Assembly (NCBI RefSeq): GCF_001194135.2
Contig: NC_068998.1
Coordinates: 8,603,651-8,667,650, forward strand
Length of the DNA stretch: 64,000 nucleotides
Direction of reading: 5' to 3'
From: Octopus bimaculoides
Lineage: Eukaryota
Position 1 is the stretch's first letter, and every line of letters starts with the position of its first letter. The notes beneath the pieces are model-generated. The model had not been told where the DNA came from and did no database searches. It saw nothing but the letters and a program-made list of their open reading frames with translations. The position numbers and the translations under genes are program-made. Shown here in pieces: positions 35,819 through 49,899 of the stretch.

Positions 35819-36246
35819 TTATACTAGAATTCGCTGCGCTTGTAGCAAGACACGTACGAGGTTTCCAGTTATCCGGTACAGTTACGCATAAATACGTACT
35901 TGGTGTTTACGATGTAGTTCAACGCTATAAGAAACTGACCATAAATGATAAGCGTTTTGTAACCTTGCAGTGGTGAGAGCAAATCTTTCAGTGAAAGTTA
36001 GAGAACGTAACAAAAAGCCTTTACCACAAATTTATCATCAATTGAATTACAGCAAGAAGGTAAAACTTTTATTAGGTTCTGAGAAATAACATCTATTGCA
36101 TACGTATAACGAGAAAGCAATATATACATACAGACATATACATATANNNNNNNNNNNNNNNNNNNNNNNNNNNNNNNNNNNNNNNNNNNNNNNNNNNNNN
36201 NNNNNNNNNNNNNNNNNNNNNNNNNNNNNNNNNNNNNNNNNNNNNN

Positions 36247-36278
<32 letters not shown>

Positions 36279-36506
36279 GTATGTGTATATACGTGTGAAC
36301 ACACACACACATATATATAAATACATATATACATATATACCCATATGTACACATATATACATATTTCACCGTCAATATACCCCTCATTATTAACAAAGAA
36401 TGAAATAACACAAATAAGAAAGTATAAAAAAAGCTAGTCGAGAAATGATTTCTGTAATTCAATATAAAATAACGAGTTTTAAAAATGTTGTCCTAAAGCA
36501 CGAAAT

Positions 36507-36599
36507 CAATAATGGTTTTGGATCTAAAGTGCATAATTGAAGTCCTTCCATGGCAAGAGAATTCGTATTTAAATAAAGAGTGCCTATTATTTCGCAGAA
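36507..36599 (-). pseudogene. Possible Penelope-like GIY-YIG C-terminal relic
   Basis: Minus frame FCEIIGTLYLNTNSLAMEGLQLCTLDPKPLL loosely resembles the F.IL......L.I.E.L.I....P.LN motif. Confidence 0.2.
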
Positions 36600-37403
36600 A
36601 AATTCTCCTATTTTGTTTGCAGCGAATCTTAAGCTTAGATCTTCATTTGTTCATCGAAGTTGATTAGCAGAAAATGCTTTCCATCTTGGGAATATCGTTA
36701 AAGTGTTTTGAAGAAAAAAGTGTTTATAAGTTAAAATGTTGGCTTTGGGAGTGTTTGTACTTGCTTCAAATATAGAATATATTAAATGAGAAATGTTGCC
36801 ACCTTCCATTTCGACATGATGTTTGGATTTTAATGGTGATGAATATGGAATACATCACCTTTTCCATTTTTGGTTTTACTGAAACACAAACGTAAATCTT
36901 CATTTCTTAAAAGAATGTTGATCAGAAGAAAGCGTTTTCTATCTTCTGAATATTTTCAAGGCAGCAAATGTGACTTGAAAGTTTGAAGTTTATTGTTGGT
37001 AATTGCTTCAAACGTGGGATAGACAGAATAAAATATATGGTCACCTTCGATCTTGATATGATTGCTGTGTGTTTTAAGTTGATGCATATGAAGTAAATTG
37101 ACCTACTAGTGAACAGTTTAGTTTTTGCTTGACTAATTTTATCTACTTCTCTATATTTCTACATTTAAGATGTGATGTACGAAAACACATACCACAACGG
37201 TACACTTGCAAACAATTCACGAAACCCTCTGCTCATACTCATACAGATGTGTCGATATTCACTACATTGAAACTCCAAAGAAACTTTTAATTGCTTTATA
37301 TGTACTTACAATTTCGGTTACGAACAGTTAACCTTTGCCTGCAAGACTAATTAATATTAAGAGGTGATTCGTATCACTTCTAATAGTGCTGAAATGATAA
37401 TTA

Positions 37404-37442
37404 GATAGACAGACAGACAGACAGACAGATAGACAGAGAGAC

Positions 37443-37495
<53 letters not shown>

Positions 37496-37496
37496 T
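37404..37496. repeat. (AGAC)n/(AGAT)n microsatellite
   Basis: Seen directly. Confidence 0.95.
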
Positions 37497-38457
37497 CGCT
37501 CTTTTTATATCCACTTGACAAGCGGATTTCAGAGCAAAACTGGTTTCTCATTTGTGAAATCAGTTCACCGTACAAGTATTAATCTTGATATTTCTCAAAC
37601 CGTTAAATGCTAGGGGATAAAGAAAAATAACTTACATCAGATAGCAAAATTCCCTATTTAGGGAGACGAGATAGGGTTGGCTGCTTAGTTTGAATTCATA
37701 TGCTCTGTGGAAAGAATAATGGATTCGATCGTAACTTTATTGCTACAGGACTAAATTGCTGTTTAAATATTATCCACCTCAAGTAGAAACCGGTCGTGGG
37801 TGATTAAAAAATACGAATGTGTCAGTTATAACAGCCAAACACTGAACGTGAATGTCTTTCCCAAAAGAATTTTCATTGTGTTCAAAATAATATTTTAAAT
37901 AAGGTTTAAAGGCTAGAACAGATTTTTCCTCTTGCCATCGCAGTTGAATGAGTTTATGGACAATGCAATGGATATATTTATAACCAAAATAGATTGCTCA
38001 GCATATTATAGTTGTAACTGCTGTATGTGAATCGTTTTGGCAACTATCGCATCTTTATTTATCAAAACACAAAAAGAGAAGAAAATAAAGAATAGATACC
38101 TTGTAACTTTGGCAACAATGTAGATGACTGGTGGAACAATATAAAGATCAGATAGATAATAAATATAAGAAAGTTTCTGAGAAAATAGACAAATTTTGAA
38201 GCAGAATAGCATGAAATTAGTTCGCTGCTGAAAAATACAGTAAACAACGTTGCTTTCGTACTTTTGGAGTTGAGATTATCAAAGTACTACTACTTATAGT
38301 AGCGAATATAAGAAGTATACGGAACGCTGGAATTGAGACTACAATCAACATTAATTTCCACATAATTTAGAGAAAACCAGTGGTGTTTCATAAGGAATTT
38401 GGAGATTAATTTAGAACTTGCCATAAAGTAGATTCATATAATATAACACAAATGTGT

Positions 38458-38866
38458 AGGCGCAGGCGGGGCTGTGTGGTAAGAAGATTGTTTCCCAACC
38501 ACACAGTTCCGGGTTCAGTTCTACTGCCTAGTATCTTGGGCACGTGTTTTATAATTTAGCGTAAGGTCCACTAAAGCCTTGTGAGTGAATTTAGTAGACG
38601 GAAACAGAAAGAAGCCCATTGCGTATGTGTGCATGTGTCTGCATGTGTGTGTGTGTGTATGTGTGTCCCTCGGCACCACTTCGCAACCGATGCTGGTGTG
38701 TTTACGTCCCCGGAACTTAGCGGTTCGGCAATTGAGAACCTATAAAATAAGTAGCAGGCTTTGATAAAATAAGTACTGGTATTGATTTATTCGACTAAAA
38801 ATTCTTCGAGTCGGTGCCCCAGCATGGTCGCAGTCTAATGACTGAAACAAGTAAATGATAAATGAT
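38458..38866 (+). mobile_element. SINE family B/C, full length
   Basis: aggcgcaggcggggctgtgtggtaag...gggttcagttc head, core, (GT) linker and tail to gactgaaacaagtaaatgata. Confidence 0.9.
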
Positions 38867-39124
38867 CACAGTCGACTACATCCTATAAATAACAGCCAAC
38901 TATGTCAGTAAATAATGCAGAAAACATGCAGTAGATGTAAAATAATTAGTTTTGAAAGACGAAGTTAACCAATTATCCATTTCCTAACACGCAATTTTAA
39001 ACTGTTTTCCTATTACAACCAAACAGTTGTAAAATTTCTATCCAGTTAATGTGGAATAATTATAAAACAGCTCTCTCCGATTTGCACTAAGATTCTTTAC
39101 AGTTATATTAAACAGTTTTACGAC

Positions 39125-39257
39125 ACAGTTCTATATTTAAGAGATGAGGAATGATGTACATTATTTAGATTATTTACATTTGACGAATATTCGTCCTCAT
39201 CTTGTTTGTTGCTAACGCAACCGTTCGGCTGACATACACTCCAGCCTTCATCAGGTG
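39125..39257 (-). mobile_element. 5'-truncated family E tail with a damaged hammerhead
   Basis: Reverse complement cacctgatgaaggctggagtgtatgtcagccgaacggttgcgttagcaacaaacaagatgagga...tcctcatctcttaaatatagaactgt aligns to 7771-7894. Confidence 0.85.
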
Positions 39258-39258
39258 C

Positions 39259-39310
39259 ACTAGCATAGCCGCAGTCAAATGACCGAAACAAGTAGAAGTG
39301 TAAAAGAGTA
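39259..39310 (+). mobile_element. SINE family B/C terminal fragment
   Basis: ctagcatagccgcagtcaaatgaccgaaacaagtag...taaaagagt. Confidence 0.7.
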
Positions 39311-40374
39311 TATAATATAGATATATTTTGATTAGGATTAGTAGTTAATTTTATAATAGAGGTCTACAAATACTGATTCAAATATGGCTTCCAGATAACA
39401 GAGCGTTAGATTCGATAGGATTTCAAACTTAACTGCAGAAGGAAAGTCTAAATACCATAAAAATTATCAGTCTTTTCTCCACTACTTTTATCGTCGAATC
39501 TGTCTAACTCATGTTAAATTTTTGAGATGGGTTAATTCAAATGAGATTGTATTATCAATGATAACATATTAGAAGGTATGCTTAACATATATATAATCCT
39601 TATGCATTGCTGTTTATATCACTAAGCTAAACCCTCAAATTCTAGAGCGACAGACTAGCTTATTAATTCACTAGTTATATTATATCTTATATACTTACCC
39701 AGATATTTCTAGTATTGTATACATTCGAAAGATAGTCATGTTACTAAAACAATATTTGATTTTGTATCTTATTAATTCAACACGTTAGTACAGGGAATTG
39801 TAATTACATTTGCGTAAACTTAACGTTTACATGTGTACCAAGAAGCACTCAAATCATTATTTAGTAAAGAGCATAACAGTCCTACCTCGTGCGTATATAA
39901 TATGTTGTCCGATATTAAATAGAAGATTAACTATTTAAAGAGATTCTATCTATCATATTGGAATGAGAAGTAAACTGTGATAAGAGCAGGTGTTACATGC
40001 TGAGTATAATAGAGGTCAAATGTACTGCGAAAATAAAAATATGGAAGACAAACATATTTTAGATTAAGATAGATGATGTTTAAAAAAAAACGTAAAAATG
40101 ATAAACTGCAGATGCCAAGAAATCAACAAAGTCTATGAAAAAAGAAAAACTTGAACAAAATGGGAATATAAATAAAATAATAGAATAGGTGTTGTTTTTA
40201 CTAGCATTACGCTTAAAATTATTAAAAAATTCAAATTTATAAGTTTACTTCGTGATTAAATTCAGATGAGGTTAAGTTCTTTATAATGGGTCGGTGTAGA
40301 TATGAATCTGATAAAGGAATCTTACGGGTCATGCAGTGTGAAACATTCCTGTAAAATAGATGTTGGCATATTTA

Positions 40375-40535
40375 TTTTGTGGTTGAGAAATTCGCTTCGC
40401 AACCGCCCGGTTTCGGGTTCATTTGCAACGCACTGTTTGGCACCTAGAGTAAGTGTCTTCTCTTGTATTTTAGTCCTGGGCCAACCATTACCTTCTGAGG
40501 GAATTTAGGTGATGGAAGACGTGTGGAAGATCATA
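40375..40535 (+). mobile_element. SINE family B head and core (old)
   Basis: tgtggttgagaaattcgcttcgcaacc...cgggttc...ggcacctagagtaagtgtcttc. Confidence 0.65.
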
Positions 40536-40677
40536 CTTATATATGTATGTCTATATATATAGAGAGAGAGATAGATAGATATTGGTATACATATAGATAT
40601 ATATATTTATATATATATATATATANNNNNNNNNNNNNNNNNNNNNNNNNNNNNNNNNNNNNNNNNNNNNNNNNNNN

Positions 40678-40782
40678 TATATACATACATACGTACATAC
40701 ATACATACATACATACATACAGATAGACACATTGACAGATAGATACATACATACATACATACATACAGATAGACACATTGAC

Positions 40783-40852
<70 letters not shown>

Positions 40853-40886
40853 ACAGAGAGACAGATTAACAGGTAGATATACAGAC

Positions 40887-40961
<75 letters not shown>
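40678..40961. repeat. (ATAC)n/(AGAT)n compound array
   Basis: Seen directly. Confidence 0.95.
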
Positions 40962-41704
40962 GTGAGGCAGAAGGAACGAACTCAGAGACGTAACAATCAC
41001 TAAACTGGACAAAGAATGCGATCTGTATCATGCACTAGTAACGTAGTTCGGCTGCTGTAGTTCCACAGCTGATAACAAAACGTTTTCCTAGTTCCACTGC
41101 TGTTGCTGATATCTCTATTGTGTTGCAACAGATATGAACACAATGTCGCTGCAGTGCCTACAATGGAAATGATACTATCGACAATATAGCAGCCTTTGTA
41201 GATTATTCGTATGCAATTGACTGTACAGTTGGCGTTGTTGTACTCATTTTTATCCTCTTATTGCTAATTGTTGTCGTCGCTCTAGGCCCGTGATGAAAGC
41301 AGGTCTAATTTCGACCGTCCTGCTTATTTCTATGCATCATCAACCCACAGGATATGTTATGCGTAATGATTTTCTTTAAAAAAGGAGTTTAAAATGTTGC
41401 TTGTAGAAAACGGTCGTAAACTTTGTTTAAACAAATTTCAACGGTCATTGGGTGTCTGCGATCACCAGATTCACTTCAGTTCCGACTATCTCATCCTATT
41501 TCTTGCAATGTGTCCACAAGAGTAACTTATCCAGAGCTATTTTTCTTTAATCGCGACAGGGCATGATCTGAGTGAGATTTAACTACTAATTTTAAGAGTT
41601 TGACCTACCTCGTAGAGGCTCTTTAGTCGACTCGGCGGTATAAGTCTCATAACTGTTATACTAATGAACCCTCAGTCTGAGTTCATACACATGGCTACAC
41701 TATT

Positions 41705-41820
41705 CTGGCTGTGGTTAGAAGCTTCCTTCCCAACCACATGGTTCCGGGTTCAGTCTCATTTCGTGTAACTTTAGGCAAGTGTTTCCTGTTATAGCCGACC
41801 AAAGCCTTCAGAGTGGATTT
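41705..41820 (+). mobile_element. SINE family B head and core running into gap 41821-42497
   Basis: ggctgtggttagaagcttccttcccaaccacatggttccgggttcagtc...ccgaccaaagcctt...agtggattt. Confidence 0.85.
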
Positions 41821-42497
41821 NNNNNNNNNNNNNNNNNNNNNNNNNNNNNNNNNNNNNNNNNNNNNNNNNNNNNNNNNNNNNNNNNNNNNNNNNNNNNNNN
41901 NNNNNNNNNNNNNNNNNNNNNNNNNNNNNNNNNNNNNNNNNNNNNNNNNNNNNNNNNNNNNNNNNNNNNNNNNNNNNNNNNNNNNNNNNNNNNNNNNNNN
42001 NNNNNNNNNNNNNNNNNNNNNNNNNNNNNNNNNNNNNNNNNNNNNNNNNNNNNNNNNNNNNNNNNNNNNNNNNNNNNNNNNNNNNNNNNNNNNNNNNNNN
42101 NNNNNNNNNNNNNNNNNNNNNNNNNNNNNNNNNNNNNNNNNNNNNNNNNNNNNNNNNNNNNNNNNNNNNNNNNNNNNNNNNNNNNNNNNNNNNNNNNNNN
42201 NNNNNNNNNNNNNNNNNNNNNNNNNNNNNNNNNNNNNNNNNNNNNNNNNNNNNNNNNNNNNNNNNNNNNNNNNNNNNNNNNNNNNNNNNNNNNNNNNNNN
42301 NNNNNNNNNNNNNNNNNNNNNNNNNNNNNNNNNNNNNNNNNNNNNNNNNNNNNNNNNNNNNNNNNNNNNNNNNNNNNNNNNNNNNNNNNNNNNNNNNNNN
42401 NNNNNNNNNNNNNNNNNNNNNNNNNNNNNNNNNNNNNNNNNNNNNNNNNNNNNNNNNNNNNNNNNNNNNNNNNNNNNNNNNNNNNNNNNNNNNNNNN

Positions 42498-42541
<44 letters not shown>

Positions 42542-43155
42542 GTATATATATCTATGTATATATCATTGTGAGTGACAGCGTGTAGTTTTCCCATGTAACT
42601 ATGGCGTGTTGCATGGCAATACCCGTACATTATATATATCTATAACAATGCAATAGAGGTTGATACGGCAGTGCTATAAATGTCGGAACATTGCAGCATA
42701 TATTTTCAGATAATTGCTGCAGTTGTCAGTGCCTGCCTTTGCTGTTGCTATCACATTCCTACCAATCAGTTGTCTCAAATAAATTTTTCTTTTCTTGTTT
42801 TGTTTTGTCCGATTTTTCTACTTTATTTTATTTTTTATGGGGGCTGCTTATACCAGCGTTTGTATTTAAACCAAAACCCAATTGGGTATCATTGAGAAGA
42901 GCGTTTCATACAATACTTTGTGGCAATATTAACACGCCATTTTCTAAAGATGTAAAAGTATGATATTCGCATAAGTTCTTCACGCAAAGAATTTTGTTTT
43001 ACTGTATTACTGGATATTTTGATTTTAATCAATTTAAATTTCCGAATTCCCTCCCTTCTCATCACTGACAAAAATGTTCATTCACACAAATAAAATATTA
43101 CCATTATAAATGTATATGTATAAGCACATATATTATCATATGTATGCATATATTA

Positions 43156-43198
<43 letters not shown>

Positions 43199-43203
43199 TG
43201 TGC

Positions 43204-43240
<37 letters not shown>

Positions 43241-44339
43241 AATGTTTATATATATTTAATATTAAGAGTAGCAATAGGAGTAACTTAAGGTCTGAGGGTT
43301 TCGTACGTTGGTACGAATCTCTCGGTTCTTGAGTCAACCTGTTGCTTTTGTTAAATATAAANNNNNNNNNNNNNNNNNNNNNNNNNNNNNNNNNNNNNNN
43401 NNNNNNNNNNNNNNNNNNNNNNNNNNNNNNNNNNNNNNNNNNNNNNNNNNNNNNNNNNNNNNNNNNNNNNNNNNNNNNNNNNNNNNNNNNNNNNNNNNNN
43501 NNNNNNNNNNNNNNNNNNNNNNNNNNNNNNNNNNNNNNNNNNNNNNNNNNTATATATAAAAGAAAACAAAAATGGAACAAGAACTAAACAGGCGACGACA
43601 AAACATCCGGGCAGTTAGACGATGCAAAAAGGGAGAGTAAAAAACAAGGACGGGTCATTCGGAGCTTGGACCCAAGAAAATCTAAGCTAAGAGCAGTAGA
43701 TGAAATGTAAACAAATGTAAACGAAAGCAAGGACGGAAAAAAAACGGAGAAATGGTACACTAGTACAAATACAAACAACAGGAGATTAACAACAGATGGC
43801 TTTCAACTAAGAACGAATTAAATCAAGCTAGCGTGAAAGGAAGTGAAGCATTACGTCAGAAACATAAGAGGTTAAAGTCATGGGAAGAAATATAAGAGGT
43901 GCTATATACACATGGATTCCATGTCACCAGTGACACCCATGAGAGACATCACAAGTGAACTAACATGATATTGATATATATATATATATATATATATACA
44001 AAGAAGATAGCCATTTCTTTTACCCCACTTCTATTAATATCAAAAATTATACGAGATAGTATTCATTATTCAGGTGAATGAATAGTCCTCCATATCAACA
44101 TGTCTGTTTTCGACACCATGTTGTTGTATGTATGCATGCATGTATGTATGTATTTATGCATGCATTTAATACTTATAACAGATTTTATTAACAGTATTTC
44201 TTAATAAAACAACTAAGAATACTACATTTAAATCCCTTGGTTTACAGACTAAGAAATAGCGACGATTTAGAAATAAATGGCCGGATTGTATGTAAGGCTT
44301 TACGAAGAGTATATATTACATTTTAAAAGCAGATATAGT

Positions 44340-45100
44340 TGGGGTTTTTTTGTTTTGTAACAATGTTATCTGTTCGTTAAAACATGCAATCAGAAGCTTA
44401 ATATGTGAATGGAGTGAATAGTATCATCGGCAATAGTATTCACCAACTGAGAAAAAGAAAAACTTCGCCAGCATCAGAAAGGCGTTTTGCTGTTAATTAT
44501 TCACTGAATATTATAAGTCATTAACAGCTATCTAAATTTTTGTAGTTCTGTATTGAATTTCATCCTTCGACATCAAAACATCTATTCACAAAAGCAATCG
44601 TTTTCGCTAAGAATTATATTTCAGTCAATGGGTCTGATATCAGCATACTCCTGCATGCAACAAGTTCATTAGTTTCTTACAAAAATGCCTTTTGGGTACA
44701 GAAGAATAACGCTAATTCTGCTGGTGTAGTATTTCATTTGCAAAAAAGGCAATCTAGCGAACATTACTACCGGTTTCTGAACGTCGTTCATAAAATTCAA
44801 GTCTGTAATAGGAGTAAGACTCCCACCTTACACAGAAATTTTCGATGAAGCAGTGCCTTATTTCAATATTGTTTTAACTGCCAGCGGGTCCAAAGATAAT
44901 ACTACCTGTAAACCCAACCATCCTTCGTATCACACTAAGGTTATCTGGTTCACACCTCCATTTCCTTTAGACGTTCAGTTAAATATTGTAGGAAATTCCC
45001 TAAAGCCTAATTGATAAGCATTTCACCATTAACCATCACTACAGGAAACTATTCAATAGGATTTGAAGTAGTTCAATTTTATCACTGTATTATTTAGGAT
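44340..45100 (+). pseudogene. Penelope-like element RT/thumb remnant, internally deleted
   Basis: SKFL*FCIEFHPSTSKHLFTKAIVFAK...ILLHATSSLVSYKNAFWVQK, IFDEAVPYFNIVLTASG, VIWFTPPFPLDVQLNIVG and LIDKHFTINHHYRKLFNR match the PLE motifs FDI.EFYPSI..LL.KA, IIWFNPPFS..V.TNIG..FL.LIDKHF...H..HK.FNR. The catalytic DD region is not seen. Confidence 0.8.
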
Positions 45101-45877
45101 TTTATAACTGCGTTTAATTTATAAAGATTAATTTGCAATTATGATCTTTCTGAATGCTTATAAATGCAATTTTGTCGTCAATTAAAATTATCAATTTTAA
45201 CAATTTATTCATTTATATGCATAATTGTAAACGTACACTTATCACAAACATAAATAAGACACTTCGAGTGTATAAATGTCTCCGTATAATTTCCACTTCT
45301 TCTGGATGAATAGCTCACGGATATTATTGCCAAAGCCTGATGCCCAATAACCTTACTACAACCAACTCTTATAACTGCCTTGATTTAACTTGGGACAACT
45401 CGTTAGTGACCGCCATTTTCCACTTTACGATCCCTTCTCAGAACATTTTATAGTAATACTAACGTGCATATTTTTAGGGTCGGACTCTTAGCTGTTGCTA
45501 TGACAACATTTTTTCCTGTCGATTGATTTAGTTGTAAAACCATTGCCCTCGTCAATCGATTTCAATAAAGAGAATTCATTGATTTATTTATTGTAATTTT
45601 ATGCAAAATAACTTTATTTATAAACTCAATTTCTCAGCAATCTTAGAAGAAAAAGGCAAAAAGAACAAAATTTAAAACATTCAAAGAAAGGATATTTCAA
45701 GTCCGAAATAAAAATATAGGAAATTTTGATATACAGAAGGAGAAAAAATGTATTAAGAAAATATAAAACTTAACTTCGTTGATAGGTAAAGGAGCATAAT
45801 ATTTGTGGTTAAGGTGATGAACCGGGAGTTCCGTTGTGTACTAGAATGCTTTTAAACACGACTGATAAAAGCATGAT

Positions 45878-45942
45878 GAGCATGGCTGAGTGGTAAAAAG
45901 CTTGCTTCCTAACCACATGGTTCCGGATTCAGTACCACTGCT
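45878..45942 (+). mobile_element. SINE family B head fragment
   Basis: gcatggctgagtggtaaaaagcttgcttcctaaccacatggttccggattcagtaccactg. Confidence 0.8.
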
Positions 45943-46129
45943 AACAAAGGAATGTTTTTCTAAATCGATTTTTTGAAGTTAAATTTCGCCAATATATATA
46001 TATGAGCCTCATTTCTGTTGGTTTTTATTCTACTTCAGAGCTGTATGTTATCAACTTATTCAAACAGTTACCATCGAGAAGGCAATTCTCACTAATGTAC
46101 TTATGTTTGTTGTTTTAGCTGTTCTTGTT

Positions 46130-46227
46130 GTTGATGAAGATGATGATAACGATAATGATGAAGATGATGATGGTGATGACGACTATTTATGATTACAACG
46201 ATCATCATAATCATGACGACGACGACT

Positions 46228-46267
<40 letters not shown>

Positions 46268-46300
46268 CAATGACGATGAGGATGATGATGTGGATGGTGA
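46130..46300. repeat. (GAT)n trinucleotide array
   Basis: Seen directly; source of the poly-D/poly-M/poly-I ORFs. Confidence 0.95.
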
Positions 46301-47051
46301 TTTTTCTATTCCACTTCAAAAAAAAAACTCCAAAACCCCATCATTTCTCTCTGCAATCATTGAGCTTCCTTGGACACCCAGCCACCCCACACACACACAC
46401 ATACCACACCATTGTGAAATACCGCATTAAAGATTAATTGAATGTGAAAGATGCAATTTCTAGATAGGTTCGGTACTAATGACTTTAGAAGGCCCTTTAG
46501 TTTCACAAGCATTATTCAAAATTACATGGGTATTATGAAAATGAAATATAATTGAAATCTAACAATGGTTATTAGATCGGAATAAGGTTCCTGATTTATA
46601 GGCAATGATAAAATGAGATTTTATAACACGTATAAGTTTCCTCATAGAAGATTCAATTCCCAATGAGAATCACAGCCTACAGTAATAATGGTTATAATTA
46701 TTGTATTAAAATCGATCGCTGGCTGGCNNNNNNNNNNNNNNNNNNNNNNNNNNNNNNNNNNNNNNNNNNNNNNNNNNNNNNNNNNNNNNNNNNNNNNNNN
46801 NNNNNNNNNNNNNNNNNNNNNNNNNNNNNNNNNNNNNNNNNNNNNNNNNNNNNNNNNNNNNNNNNNNNNNNNNNNNNNNNNNNNNNNNNNNNNNNNNNNN
46901 NNNNNNNNNNNNNNNNNNNNNNNNNNNNNNNNNNNNNNNNNNNNNNNNNNNNNNNNNNNNNNNNNNNNNNNNNNNNNNNNNNNNNNNNNNNNNNNNNNNN
47001 NNNNNNNNNNNNNNNNNNNNNNNNNNNNNNNNNNNNNNNNNNNNNNNNNNN

Positions 47052-47405
47052 GGACTCGCGGTCATAGGATCGCGGTTTCGATTCCCAGACCGGGCATTGT
47101 GAGTGTTTATTGAGCGAAAACACCTAAAGCTCGTCGAGGCTCCGGCAGGGGATGGTGGCGAACCCTGCTGTACTCTTTCACCACACCTTTCTCTCACTTT
47201 TACTTCCTGTTTCTGTTGTGCCTATAAGTCAAAGGGTTAGCCTTGTCACACTGTGTCACGCTGAATATCCCCGAGAACTACGTTAAGAGTACACGTGTCT
47301 GTGGAGTGCTCAGCCACTTGCACGTTAATTTCACGAGCACGCTGTTCCGTTGATCGGATCAACTGGAACCCTCGACGTCGTAAGCGACGGAGTCCCAACA
47401 ACAAC
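47052..47405 (+). mobile_element. SINE family D, near full length (5' end in gap)
   Basis: B box gtttcgattccc, body gagcgaaaacacctaaagctc..., hairpin gttgatc-g-gatcaac and (AAC)n end. Homologous to 54864-54975 and 60368-60570. Confidence 0.85.
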
Positions 47406-48979
47406 TCTCTGAGTTCAAATCCTGCTTTCAAGTTTCAGTGTCGATATAATAAAGTACTGGCGATAATGTTGTCGACTTACCACTTTGTCTTCATTTCAGG
47501 GGAGATAAATCGAGCACCAATCAATTTCTGTGATTCATTCGTGTTCGCAATTCTTTCTTCTTGGCACTTTTTATCTTTCTATTTTTTGAAGAAATGTACT
47601 CCGAAAATTGAAGTGGGATGACGGTCGCCACTAGGTTCCGAAACGTATCAGAAAACGCCCGTAGGCACATCAATTACGACTTCATAAAACGGAGACTACA
47701 ATCTTAAGGCGAAGTAAAATGAAAGAAGATCTGTTTAATCAAGGTTGGCCAGGGATTAAACGACAACAACAACAGTAACAAAAGCAATAACAACAATACC
47801 AACAACAAAAACCAGAACATCAACAGCAACAACAAAATGAACAACAATATTGGCGGCGCTAAAGTTACATGTCAATATTTTCCAACTTTATCAGAAACCT
47901 ATGAGTTTATTTGAAATTTGTTATAGAAAATGTTGAAGTTCAAATATCAATTTTTTTTTTTTTTTTTGCTTTCAGTCAAAAGAATCTTCAGATTTCAAAG
48001 AAATGGGAAATGAACTGACGTAAGCTAACGCTGGCAGCTCTGCCACAAGGCATGAGCAATGCGAGTGTAGTATTTATGGCAACACCNNNNNNNNNNNNNN
48101 NNNNNNNNNNNNNNNNNNNNNNNNNNNNNNNNNNNNNNNNNNNNNNNNNNNNNNNNNNNNNNNNNNNNNNNNNNNNNNNNNNNNNNNNNNNNNNNNNNNN
48201 NNNNNNNNNNNNNNNNNNNNNNNNNNNNNNNNNNNNNNNNNNNNNNNNNNNNNNNNNNNNNNNNNNNNNNNNNNNNNNNNNNNNNNNNNNNNNNNNNNNN
48301 NNNNNNNNNNNNNNNNNNNNNNNNNNNNNNNNNNNNNNNNNNNNNNNNNNNNNNNNNNNNNNNNNNNNNNNNNNNNNCCTAAAAACGTCATCGTTGTGTC
48401 AGAAAAAAAAAATTATCAATTTAGAAAAATAAAATTATGAAATAATAAAAAAAATTTGAATCTTTCAAAAAATTTTAATATTAATAAATCCATGACACTC
48501 TTCCTCTCTGTCATTCTTTCTCATCCTCTCTCTCTCTCTCCCTCGCTTGCCCTTTTTCCCTATTTGTATCTTCCTTTCTCGCTCACTCTCTACTCCAAGA
48601 CATCAATAACCTGCACTGCTCAGTACAGTTGCTTTATGTGTTTTATATGCTTTGTTCTGGAGGAGCATTATTATATTTTGATAAATCGCAAATGTTGTCA
48701 ATAGTATTTTTCAAGATGAATATATAATATTCACACACAGACACACATACACACGCAGCCATAAACGCACAAACATACATGTACACATGCATATATAAAC
48801 TTGTGCATGTATCTATTTATTTATCTCTCTCTGTTTATCATTATATATAGATGTGTGTGTGTGTGTACATGTGCATGTATACGTACATATGCATTATGTA
48901 TATTTATATAGATATTCATGTGTGTATGTGTCTGTGCGTGTTCTTGTGTGTGTGTGTACACATACATATAAACATTTAC

Positions 48980-49027
<48 letters not shown>

Positions 49028-49846
49028 GTTTGTGTTTGTGTTTGTGTGTGTGTGTGCGAGTGCGTGTGTGTGTGTGTGTGCGTGTGTGTATATTGAAAGA
49101 TTGAAAGAAAGATTTCTATCACCAAAGTAAATGCTAATCCCGAAATAAAATATCTGATTTGTGAGGAACTAAGAGCAATGGTAGAAGATTAGAAATGAGA
49201 GAAATTGAGAGTGAATTCTTCTTCCTTGTGTTATCGTATGTTATTCGGGATTTAGGAATTATTAAATGGTTGGATCTTTCCGGTTTCAGCGCTTTTAATA
49301 AAATCTTCCCAGCAAGAAACGAATGTATATTTATAGCATAATGGAATATCATCGAAGCCTGTTTCGTTGATGTTCTTCTTACTCTTGTTAAATCCTAGGC
49401 CAGGTCTGACAGAAAAAAATGTGTTATCAAAGATATTCCAATTATAAACATCTGGTTTATGTTCTGATATTTTATCTGGGTCTCCATTATACAGTATGTC
49501 GTTCTTGTTTTCACATAAGATATGGTTTCAGGTAAACATGTCTGCTATTTTTAGCAGGTCGTGCAACCTTTTAGAATCTGAAGTGGTTCTTATGTAAAAT
49601 ATTATTGTTAAAATTCATATACTATAAATTGCTTATACATCTGAAATACGTCAAACGTTTTAAGATTTTTGTACAATTCTTAATTTTTTCTCTGTCCTTC
49701 ATTTGTTTCAGTCGTCGGATATGCAATCTATGTGATTGTCTTTTCAGAATACTGTCTGGTTTAAAAAGGTACATCAGAAGCCATGATGGTTCTAAGGTGT
49801 AGGTACAGCAGGTGGCCAAACTCTGCATAAAGAGTAGACAACCACG

Positions 49847-49894
<48 letters not shown>

Positions 49895-49899
<5 letters not shown>

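Noticed and set aside
41138-41293. Open frame ending in a transmembrane-like stretch (GVVVLIFILLLLIVVVALGP*)
   Set aside because: There is no start codon or good acceptor, and the hydrophobic run derives from decayed (GTT)n-type sequence.
47613-47650. gggatga...ccgaaacgta hammerhead-like pattern
   Set aside because: The CTG of the core is missing and helix II does not pair.
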